Below, one piece after another: positions 26,657 to 34,112 of a stretch of DNA of 34,112 nt. The stretch spans positions 4,063 through 38,174 of the forward strand of contig JARRRI010000041.1 of assembly GCA_037380845.1 (NCBI GenBank), given 5' to 3'. The DNA comes from Candidatus Sulfobium sp. Lineage in GTDB: Bacteria > Nitrospirota > Thermodesulfovibrionia > Thermodesulfovibrionales > UBA6898. Each line of letters begins with the position of its first letter. Position 1 is the stretch's first letter. The notes under the pieces are model-generated. The model had not been told where the DNA came from. It saw nothing but the letters and a program-made list of their open reading frames with translations, and did not search any database. The translations under genes were made by a program, and so were the position numbers.

Positions 26657-26875
26657 GTGCTAATGAAGGTTTTATTCAACGTAGGCACGATCTTCTGCTT
26701 TGACTGCGTGATGGCCCTCAGACGGTTTATAGGTTCCATGAAGGGGGTGAAAGGGGTCGAGGTCGATGAGGGGAAGGTATCGGTCGAATACGACCCGTCG
26801 AAGATAAGCGAGGAAAAAATCGCGCAGATCGCAAAAGACAGCATAGAGAAATTGGGATACAAAATACTGGACTGA
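26657..26875 (+). CDS. Heavy-metal-associated (HMA)-like small protein
   Basis: CFDC (CxxC), GVKGVEV, VEYDP and LGY; GAGGTG SD. Confidence 0.75.
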   Translation: MLMKVLFNVGTIFCFDCVMALRRFIGSMKGVKGVEVDEGKVSVEYDPSKISEEKIAQIAKDSIEKLGYKILD

Positions 26876-26916
26876 CGTTTACTTTATCGTTACAAAAACA
26901 GACTTCATTACGAATT

Positions 26917-27059
26917 CATCAGTCCCGAGGCAGCAGTCTGGTCGAAGCGACTCTCAGCGAAGTCGTAGCGACCTTACGCGGGGACCCGCTTCGGGACTTG
27001 CATCGAGAATCCAGGTTTTAAGGCAGATTGGATGCCCGACTAAGACCCCGGGCATGACG
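26917..27059. repeat. Composite REP/MITE-like element, copy 2
   Basis: The left arm matches the reverse complement of 16114-16209 (86/97 by manual alignment). Right arm is TGGATGCCCG..CGGGCATGACG. Confidence 0.85.
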
Positions 27060-27199
27060 GAAAAGGAACCACGATCCGGCAACGTTCAGTAAACTCTGAT
27101 ATAAGAAGGTTAGCAAGCTTAAGAGCGCTTCAGTCAGCCATTTGCGGCCGGTTTATTTATAATCTTTTTGCAACGTCAGGGTTGGGATAATATAGATAC

Positions 27200-30100
27200 A
27201 TGTCATGGGACAGACGCAAATTATGCAAGATGGCCTCAGCCGTACTGGCAGCAGTTGTCATTTCCCTGACAGTTTTTGTTTATCTCTATTTCGCCTCTCT
27301 GAAAAAGGACTTGCTGACAGTCCTTTCCGCCAGGGCTGCTGAGGCCATCGGTCAACCCGTCAGCATAGCCGATATCTCCTGCCGATTCCCGGGAAGCATT
27401 ACCGCGTATGACATAATTGTCGGGAATCCCCGGGGCTTTGCCCCGGGAAGACTCTTACGGATAAAAAAGGTCACAGTGAATATGAAGTTGGGGGAGCTTT
27501 TTTCACGGAGATTTTATTTCAACAGTATCGGCGTAGACTCCCCTGAGGTAACAGTTATAAGGAACGAAGAGGATAAATTCAATGTATCTGACATAATGAG
27601 GCAATTTCTTTCAGGAGGCTCATCCGGGGCCGGCTACCGTATCGATGCTCTCAATATAACCTCGGGTATCTTCAGCATAAACGCCGACGACAGGATGACA
27701 GCAAGAAAAGTCGATGTCGTCATTCGAAATCTTTCGTCCTCGCCGAAATCCAGAACGGTCATAAAAGGCGGCTTGATGTATGCCGGAAACAGAATGCGAC
27801 TAAGTGGGTGGGCATATCTCAAGGCAGACCCCGGGCGGTTCGGGATTAACGTCTCGGCGACGGATTTTTCACCTCCCTGGTCTGGCGAAGGCCTCAATAA
27901 ATACGGGATAGACACGGGGAAGGCAGTTCTTGACATGGACGTCAGGGCGGAGAGATATGCAGGGAAAGGGATCGAAATTAAAACGAGCCTCAGGGTAAAA
28001 AAGGCCCGCGTCGCGGGCTTCCCTTCGGCCGGGGATATCGCCCTGACTTCCGATTCCCTTCTTGACATCGGCGCAGGCACCCTTGCTGTCAGAGATTTGT
28101 CGCTGCGTGCCGGCAAGGATTCGGAAGCCCGGCTGAAGGGGGTGATTACCGGCCTGCAAAAAAATCCGGCCTACACGGCCGGGCTGAAGATAGAAAAATT
28201 CGACCTCAGCGCGCTGCACCTTGCAGGTATCAAGCTTGCCGGCGCTTTGACTTCCGGCGACCTGCGAATGAAGGGGCAGCTGGGAGGCTCGTTCCCTGCG
28301 GTCTCCGGCCGGCTTTTTTTGCGGGATGCCTCGGTAACGTCGGAGACGTTCGTCGCCGGCAGGATCGATGCAAGGGTGATCATGTCGTCGTCCAGGGGGT
28401 TTTCATTCAGGGCCGAATCGACGGCAAATGTTATGGTTCCGGGAAGGAACGGACTTGAAAAGCCCGCCGGTCTGCGCCTCTCCCTGAGCGGACGGGGCCG
28501 GCCGGGAAAAATGGCGCTAAGCTCTTCGGTCACGACTGGCCCGGTGAAAATGACCATTCAGGGGAAAGCGGTTCATGCAGGCGGCGTGCGTCTGGACTCG
28601 GAAGGTCTTCTGAAGAATAAAAGATTTTCGGGCAGAGAGGAGTTGGAGATAAAAGATTTGACGGTCGGAGGACGCGCCATGGGCAGTTTTGTCCTTCATT
28701 CGCACGCGCAGCTGGATAAAGATGTTTTCGAGCTGAAAGGCCTGACTGTAAAAAATGAACGTATGACTGCCGGAGCGAAGACTGTAGAGGTCAGGTCTTT
28801 GGGGGGGAAGTCAGGCCGCAGGATAGATATTGAGGATTTAACCGCCGATTATCCCGCCGGGCCGGCGGGACTGATACACCTCAATCTTTCCCTGGACGTG
28901 AGAGACGGGAAAAGCCCCCCTTCGGGTTCTTTCGACGTCTCGGCAGAGCGGATCAGTTACAGGAATATCGTCGGGGGCCCCCTGGAAGGCGGGGGAAGGT
29001 TTAATGACAAGACCTTTGACGTTGACCTTCACCGGGTGAAGCTTTTCGGGGGGAACTTGAAATGTAGCCTGGAGGGTGGCATCAAGGAGGGCTATTTCCC
29101 GTTGCTGGTCAAAATGGACGCGGAAAAAATCGGTCTGGCCGGCGTGTCCGGCGCATTGTCGGAATTTGTGAAATTGCCCTACCGCCTGTCGGGAGGGACG
29201 GGAATGTTCTCCTTTGAAGGCGCCTTCCATTCAGCGGAAGACGTCACCGGAAAAGCGTCTTTTCGCCTGTCGTCACTTTCAGCCTCCAGACGCAGTGACG
29301 GGAAGGGGCTGCTGACGGGGGCCGATTTGTCCGGGGACATAGTCTTCGCCGGAAGAGACCTTGATTTCAAGGCCGGTGCACGTGTCGGCAACGTGGCGGC
29401 CCGTGCCCGGGGCGGCATGGAAGATTTTACGGGGGCGGGGAGGAAGGCAGGAATAAGCATAGACGTTCCAAAGGTGCGGGCGGCGGATATAAGGGACGCC
29501 TTCTGGGACATCTTCCCTGATGCCTTTCTATACGCCGGTCTCGACGGGTCGCTGTCGGCATCGTTGACAGCGGAGCTTTCCGGGGGCGGCCTCGACCTCG
29601 ATGGAGGCGTCAGCCTCAGGGGTTTTGTACTTACAGGGGAGAACGGCAAATATTCCGTCGGCCCCATAAACGGCACTATCCCACTGACTTACAGGCGGGC
29701 CGGGAAATATCCGGGCGATGCTCTTCCGGTCTTTGACAAATCCGGGTTCTCCCGGCTGCGGCGATATTATGAAAAGCGGCAGGCAACGGACGATTTCAGC
29801 ATCATAAATGCAGGATCTTTCTCGTATGGTTTCAAACTGCTGGATGACATTGAAGTCACGGTAAAGCCTGAAAACGGTTTTTTGAATATAGGAAAAGTTA
29901 GTGCTAACATATTCGGAGGAAAACTTGAGGGTTCTGCCGTGCTGGGGCTCCCGGGAGGTCTGAGATACACGGCCGGCTTTATCGTCGACGGTCTCAGCCT
30001 GACGAAACTCTGCGACAATATCGGTCCGATCAGGGGATACATTTCCGGTAAGGTCGACGGAGTCGCGGAGGTCAAGGGTTCCGGCGCCGGCATTTCAGGA

Positions 30101-30412
30101 CTCATCGGCAAGGCGGACTTCTGGGCTTACTCCACCGAAGGTGAGAAGACCATGATCAGCAAGGAATTCCTGAGGAAGGTCGGCGGGCCGGCGATGAGGG
30201 CTTACCTCGGGGACAGACGCTTCGATAAGGGCATAATGGACCTTTATATTCAGAAAGGATTCCTCATCTTCAAGGACCTCGACATATCGCACACGAATTT
30301 TCTGGGGGTCAGGGATCTTGCGATCAGGGTTGCACCTTTCAACAACAGGATCAGGCTAAAGGACCTGCTCTGGAGCATAACCGAGGCGGCGCAGAGGGCG
30401 AAGAAAGAGTAA
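27200..30412 (+). CDS. AsmA-like / YdbH-like bridge-like lipid transfer protein
   Basis: Single N-terminal TM anchor followed by about 1000 aa of Gly-rich alternating beta-strand sequence; followed by a DUF1318-like gene. Confidence 0.75.
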   Translation: MSWDRRKLCKMASAVLAAVVISLTVFVYLYFASLKKDLLTVLSARAAEAIGQPVSIADISCRFPGSITAYDIIVGNPRGFAPGRLLRIKKVTVNMKLGELFSRRFYFNSIGVDSPEVTVIRNEEDKFNVSDIMRQFLSGGSSGAGYRIDALNITSGIFSINADDRMTARKVDVVIRNLSSSPKSRTVIKGGLMYAGNRMRLSGWAYLKADPGRFGINVSATDFSPPWSGEGLNKYGIDTGKAVLDMDVRAERYAGKGIEIKTSLRVKKARVAGFPSAGDIALTSDSLLDIGAGTLAVRDLSLRAGKDSEARLKGVITGLQKNPAYTAGLKIEKFDLSALHLAGIKLAGALTSGDLRMKGQLGGSFPAVSGRLFLRDASVTSETFVAGRIDARVIMSSSRGFSFRAESTANVMVPGRNGLEKPAGLRLSLSGRGRPGKMALSSSVTTGPVKMTIQGKAVHAGGVRLDSEGLLKNKRFSGREELEIKDLTVGGRAMGSFVLHSHAQLDKDVFELKGLTVKNERMTAGAKTVEVRSLGGKSGRRIDIEDLTADYPAGPAGLIHLNLSLDVRDGKSPPSGSFDVSAERISYRNIVGGPLEGGGRFNDKTFDVDLHRVKLFGGNLKCSLEGGIKEGYFPLLVKMDAEKIGLAGVSGALSEFVKLPYRLSGGTGMFSFEGAFHSAEDVTGKASFRLSSLSASRRSDGKGLLTGADLSGDIVFAGRDLDFKAGARVGNVAARARGGMEDFTGAGRKAGISIDVPKVRAADIRDAFWDIFPDAFLYAGLDGSLSASLTAELSGGGLDLDGGVSLRGFVLTGENGKYSVGPINGTIPLTYRRAGKYPGDALPVFDKSGFSRLRRYYEKRQATDDFSIINAGSFSYGFKLLDDIEVTVKPENGFLNIGKVSANIFGGKLEGSAVLGLPGGLRYTAGFIVDGLSLTKLCDNIGPIRGYISGKVDGVAEVKGSGAGISGLIGKADFWAYSTEGEKTMISKEFLRKVGGPAMRAYLGDRRFDKGIMDLYIQKGFLIFKDLDISHTNFLGVRDLAIRVAPFNNRIRLKDLLWSITEAAQRAKKE

Positions 30413-30474
30413 CTGTGCAACGTGGTGAAAATGTTTATCGTTTCCGGCTTTGCCGGTCGGAAGGAGGAAAAGAA

Positions 30475-31107
30475 ATGAAGAGAAGAATAAGGTTGTTCCC
30501 GGCAGCGGTTTTATTTGTCATAGTCTCCTGTGCAGTTATTACCGTCAACATCTATTTTCCGGAAAAGGCCGTGGAAGAGGCATACAAGAACCTGGAAAAG
30601 GAACTGATGACGCCGGAGAAGGGTGTCCCCGGGAAGAAGAACGAAGAAGGTTCGCCGGCCGGCAGGCCCGAAAGTCGTATCAGGTTTGACTTCGTCCCTT
30701 CGGCTTTCGCCCAGGAGCCGGGACTGGCGGACAAGATTTCCGAGCTTGTAAAGCAGATGCCCGATGTGGTAAATGCCTACCGCGAAATGGGGGCGAGGAT
30801 AGCGGAGACCGACAGGTTGAGAGACAGCGGCAAAGTGGGAGAGGAAAACGACGGCCTGCTGGTGGTAAGAGAAGGGCAGCTGTCGCCGGCCGAAAGAAAG
30901 ATAGTCAATGCGGAAAATGAAAACAGAAAGACCGTTATGCGCGGCATGGCGAAGGCCATAATACGCATCAACAGGCTGAGGGAAAACGAAGCGAACATCC
31001 GCCAGGTCCTGCCGCAGGCCACGGAAGAGTTCGCCAAGATCAGGCGTGAATCGGCAAAGAAGGGCTGGTGGGTGCAGGATCCTGACGGCAATTGGCGCAG
31101 GAAATGA
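30475..31107 (+). CDS. DUF1318 (YdbL-like) lipoprotein
   Basis: Lipobox-like IVSC, ITVNIYFP, GKVGEENDGLL, ENENR and GWWVQ..DG.W; AGGAGG SD before ATG 30475. Confidence 0.8.
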   Translation: MKRRIRLFPAAVLFVIVSCAVITVNIYFPEKAVEEAYKNLEKELMTPEKGVPGKKNEEGSPAGRPESRIRFDFVPSAFAQEPGLADKISELVKQMPDVVNAYREMGARIAETDRLRDSGKVGEENDGLLVVREGQLSPAERKIVNAENENRKTVMRGMAKAIIRINRLRENEANIRQVLPQATEEFAKIRRESAKKGWWVQDPDGNWRRK

Positions 31108-33206
31108 TCAATAAGGAAGCGGTAAGAGATTTCTTCAGGGAAAAGACCGGCAAGCCCCTCTCTTTCAAGGAGCTGGTCCGCCGGTTGGGTCTCAGCAAAC
31201 CCGAAGGCAGGGCACTGAAGAGGGTGCTGAGGGAGATGCTTCGCGAGGGAGAAATAGTCCTCACGCGGAAGGGACTATACGGACCCGCCGAGGACATGAA
31301 CCTCGTTACGGGATACTTCGAGGCCCACAGGGAGGGATACGGTTTCGTTATCCCGGAAAAGCCCGGAGAAAGAGACATCTTCGTTCCCCGGGGGGCGTCG
31401 CTGGGCGCGATGGACAACGACCGCGTCATCGTGAGGATGGAGAACCGGAGGAGGCGGGGAGGGAGGATCGTGAGGATCCTCCAGAGGGCCCAGGCGAGGG
31501 TTGTGGGCAGGCTCGATGTTACGAAGCACGCGGCGTACGTGAGGCCTAAGGACAAGTCCATTACCTTCGATCTTTATGTGGCGCCGGGCGACAGGCGCAG
31601 GGCCGGCGACGGCGATAAGGTCATTGCGGAGATCATCTCGTACCCCACCGATAAGAGGCCGCCCACGGCCAGGATCGTGAAGGTCATCGAAAAGCCGAAA
31701 GACCCGAAGGGAGAGGTCGAGGCGATCATAGACGAATTCGGCCTGCCGAGGAGGTTTGCGAAACGGGTAAACGACGAGTCGAAACTCCTTCGCGGAAAAA
31801 GTAAACAAGAGGGGGGGCGCAGAAAGAGAAAGGACCTTCGGGGACTTGCTACAGTTACCATCGACGGCGAAAGGGCGAAGGACTTTGACGATGCGGTATC
31901 CGTCGGCCTCGCCGAGCACGGGTACAGGCTTTGGGTACACATCGCCGACGTCGGCTTTTACGTCACCTGGGGTTCAGCGATCGACATGGAGGCGAGGAAG
32001 CGCGGCACCAGTGTCTATTTCCCGGACAGGGTTATCCCCATGCTGCCGAAGGAACTTTCGGAAGACCTGTGCAGTCTCAAGCCGAAAGTGGAACGTCTCG
32101 CCCTCACCGTAGAGATGGATTTCGACAGATACGGCAACAAGACGGCGAAGACGTTTTATCCAAGCCTGATAAAGAGTGACGAGAGGATGACCTACACATC
32201 CGTTCGCAAGATACTCGTTGATCAGGATGCCGGCGAGCGCGAAAAATATGGATATCTTCTCAGGGACTTTGAGCTTATGGGAGAACTCTGCGGACTTCTA
32301 AGATGCAACAGACTGGAGAGGGGAAGTCTCGATTTCGATCTGCCCGAACCCGAAATCGTCCTCGATCTGCAGGGCAACCCCGAGGCGGTACTGAAGGCGG
32401 AAAGGAACTTCGCCCACATGATCATAGAGGAGTTCATGATCGCTGCGAACGAGTCGGTGGCGGAGCATCTCGAAGGGAGGGGGGTCCCCAGTCTCTACCG
32501 CATACACGAAGAGCCGGACCCCATGAAGCTGGAAGATATCATGAGGGTCCTGAAACCCCTGGGGAAAATGGGACGGAAGACATTGAAGACACCCAAGGAT
32601 TTTTCGGACGTACTCAAGGCGATAAAGGATACCCCCCAGGAGGAAGTTATCAATTATATAGTCCTCAGGAGCCTCAAGCAGGCGCGGTATTCACCGGTCA
32701 ACGTCGGCCACTTCGGCCTCGCCTCTGAGTGCTACACTCATTTCACCTCCCCCATAAGGCGGTATCCCGACCTCGTGGTGCACAGGATCCTGCGTGAAGT
32801 CCTCCTGAAGAAGAGCCTGCCCGACAAGAGGAGGAAGGAACTGGAAGGCATGCTTCCGGATATTGCCTTCAGCTCTTCACGGACCGAAAGGGTTTCCGAC
32901 GATGCCGAGAGGCAGGTGGTGGATGCGATGAGGGCCTGGTTTATGAAGGACAAGGTTGGCGATGAGTTCGACGCGAAGATTGTGGGCGTAACACCCTATG
33001 GAATGAGGGTAAGACTGAAGGAATTCTATGTGGACGGCTTCCTCCATGTCTCATATATGACTGACGATTTCTATCAGTTCAATGACAGGAACATGACCAT
33101 CTACGGCAGAAATACGAAAAAGACATACAAGATAGGGCAGGAATTGCGGCTGCGGGTCGATAAGGTAGACCTTGAGGAGCGGGAGATAATTTTCGGACTG
33201 GCGTGA
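31104..33206 (+). CDS. rnr: Ribonuclease R
   Basis: TIDGERAKDFDDA, HIADV, RGTSVY, YTHFTSPIRRYPDL and C-terminal S1 domain; ATGA overlap at 31104. Confidence 0.96.
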   Translation: MINKEAVRDFFREKTGKPLSFKELVRRLGLSKPEGRALKRVLREMLREGEIVLTRKGLYGPAEDMNLVTGYFEAHREGYGFVIPEKPGERDIFVPRGASLGAMDNDRVIVRMENRRRRGGRIVRILQRAQARVVGRLDVTKHAAYVRPKDKSITFDLYVAPGDRRRAGDGDKVIAEIISYPTDKRPPTARIVKVIEKPKDPKGEVEAIIDEFGLPRRFAKRVNDESKLLRGKSKQEGGRRKRKDLRGLATVTIDGERAKDFDDAVSVGLAEHGYRLWVHIADVGFYVTWGSAIDMEARKRGTSVYFPDRVIPMLPKELSEDLCSLKPKVERLALTVEMDFDRYGNKTAKTFYPSLIKSDERMTYTSVRKILVDQDAGEREKYGYLLRDFELMGELCGLLRCNRLERGSLDFDLPEPEIVLDLQGNPEAVLKAERNFAHMIIEEFMIAANESVAEHLEGRGVPSLYRIHEEPDPMKLEDIMRVLKPLGKMGRKTLKTPKDFSDVLKAIKDTPQEEVINYIVLRSLKQARYSPVNVGHFGLASECYTHFTSPIRRYPDLVVHRILREVLLKKSLPDKRRKELEGMLPDIAFSSSRTERVSDDAERQVVDAMRAWFMKDKVGDEFDAKIVGVTPYGMRVRLKEFYVDGFLHVSYMTDDFYQFNDRNMTIYGRNTKKTYKIGQELRLRVDKVDLEEREIIFGLA

Positions 33207-33300
33207 TCAATGAGAGCAGACGTGCAAGGATGTTCTGTCTTCAGCCGGCCTATTACTTATGCTTTCCCCTCCCGGTCCCGGCAACGGGATATGCCCTTGT

Positions 33301-33353
33301 CGTCATCCTTGAGGCAGTAGTCTGGATTCCCGCTAAAGGCATGCGGGGATGAC
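33301..33353. repeat. Short/deleted member of the same REP-like family, copy 3
   Basis: CGTCATCCTTGAGGCAGTAGTCTGG joined directly to the arm TGGATTCCCGC..GCGGGGATGAC. Confidence 0.7.
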
Positions 33354-33447
33354 ACCTCAAAAAAGATTCCGCAAACATAAATAAGAGCCGGATGAGCTGT
33401 ATCATGAAAAAATTCCGGAAAGATAAGGCGCAGCGGACAGATAACCC

Positions 33448-33477
33448 TTGACTCATGCCCCGGCAGGCAAATAAAAT
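33448..33477 (+). promoter_or_regulatory. Candidate sigma70 promoter firing antisense through tRNA-Phe toward lnt
   Basis: TTGACT-N18-TAAAAT. Confidence 0.45.
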
Positions 33478-33479
33478 CA

Positions 33480-33555
33480 TGGTGGGCAGTCGCAGAATCG
33501 AACTGCGGACACGAGGCTTTTCAGGCCTCTGCTCTACCGACTGAGCTAACTGCCC
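33480..33555 (-). tRNA. tRNA-Phe (GAA)
   Basis: GGGCAGT acceptor stem, anticodon arm GAGGC-CTGAAAA-GCCTC, TTCGATT T-loop and encoded CCA; 76 nt. Confidence 0.98.
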
Positions 33556-33572
33556 TTGGATAATAACTATAA

Positions 33573-34112
33573 CCATTAGCTTTTTCAGGGATACTGTTAG
33601 TCCTGTCCTTCCCGGTCTTCGATTTTTATTTTCTGGCGTGGATTGCCTTTGTACCTCTTCTCGTTTCCCTGTGGGGAAAGAGGGGCCGGCAGGCCTTTGT
33701 CCACGGCTATGTTTTCGGTCTGGTCTATTTTTTCGGCACGTTGTACTGGGTATATCATTCCATAAACTTCTACGGCGGTGTCTCCTTCCCGGCGAGTATT
33801 TCGATAGTATTGCTTTTATGCGCCTACCTAAGCCTTTACCCGGCGCTGTTTTCCGGTATTTTTATCGCCCTGGTCAGGAAGAGCAGGCTGCCGGCTCTTC
33901 TTATCGCGCCCGTGATATGGGTCGCTCTGGAATTCGTGCGCTCCTATGCCCTTACGGGCTTCCCCTGGGCCAGCGTCGGTTACAGCCAGTATAAATTTCT
34001 CCATATGATCCAGATCTCTGACATAACGGGTATTTACGGAGTTTCATTCCTGGTGCTTGCAGTCAACGGCGCCATTGTGGACCTTTTCCTCCTCCGGAAG
34101 CGGGTGCGGGAC
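33573..34112 (+). CDS. lnt: Apolipoprotein N-acyltransferase; runs off the right edge, start codon unclear
   Basis: Not in the ORF track. Manual translation gives SGILLVLSFP..LAWIAFVPLL..YWVYHSI..WVALEFVRS..TGFPWASVGYSQ..GIYGVSF. Confidence 0.92.

Noticed and set aside
33480..33555. tRNA-Phe as integration site for an island
   Set aside because: No integrase, and I saw no duplicated tRNA 3' end in the window.
33253..33994. ORFs 33253-33576 (-) and 33638-33994 (+)
   Set aside because: The first overlaps tRNA-Phe and a repeat; the second is an alternative frame of lnt.

Overview
Bacterial chromosomal window from a diderm. The gene style and order suggest an anaerobic Nitrospirota or Desulfobacterota-like organism (inference only). 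Left two-thirds, nearly all on the - strand: a corrinoid-dependent methyl-transfer locus. A soluble multi-PAS HisKA_3 kinase and a NarL/LuxR regulator (with a divergent DUF1638 gene) precede a tightly coupled operon. In order it encodes an MtaA/CmuA methyltransferase (broken by an internal deletion/frameshift), a COG0523 G3E GTPase, an 'IGHIK' partner, a CbbQ/NorQ AAA+ ATPase, a CbbO/NorD VWA protein, a small Zn finger, DUF2284, an intact MtaA/CmuA methyltransferase, an MtaC-type corrinoid protein, a RACo activator and a 61-aa protein. It is followed by a cobalamin-riboswitch-controlled btuFCD-cobU-cobT-cobS salvage operon. Right third is mostly housekeeping: Rdx protein, endonuclease V-like glycosylase, HIT, hisE, hisI, DUF355, DUF4390-ntrY-ntrX, HMA protein, AsmA-like + DUF1318 lipoprotein, rnr, tRNA-Phe and lnt (partial). 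Three related nested REP-like elements lie in intergenic spaces. The best candidate for an undescribed system is a methyltransferase module carrying its own CbbQO-type AAA+/VWA chaperone and GTPase metallochaperone, with no Rubisco or NO reductase in the window. All family calls come from motif recognition, not database searches.
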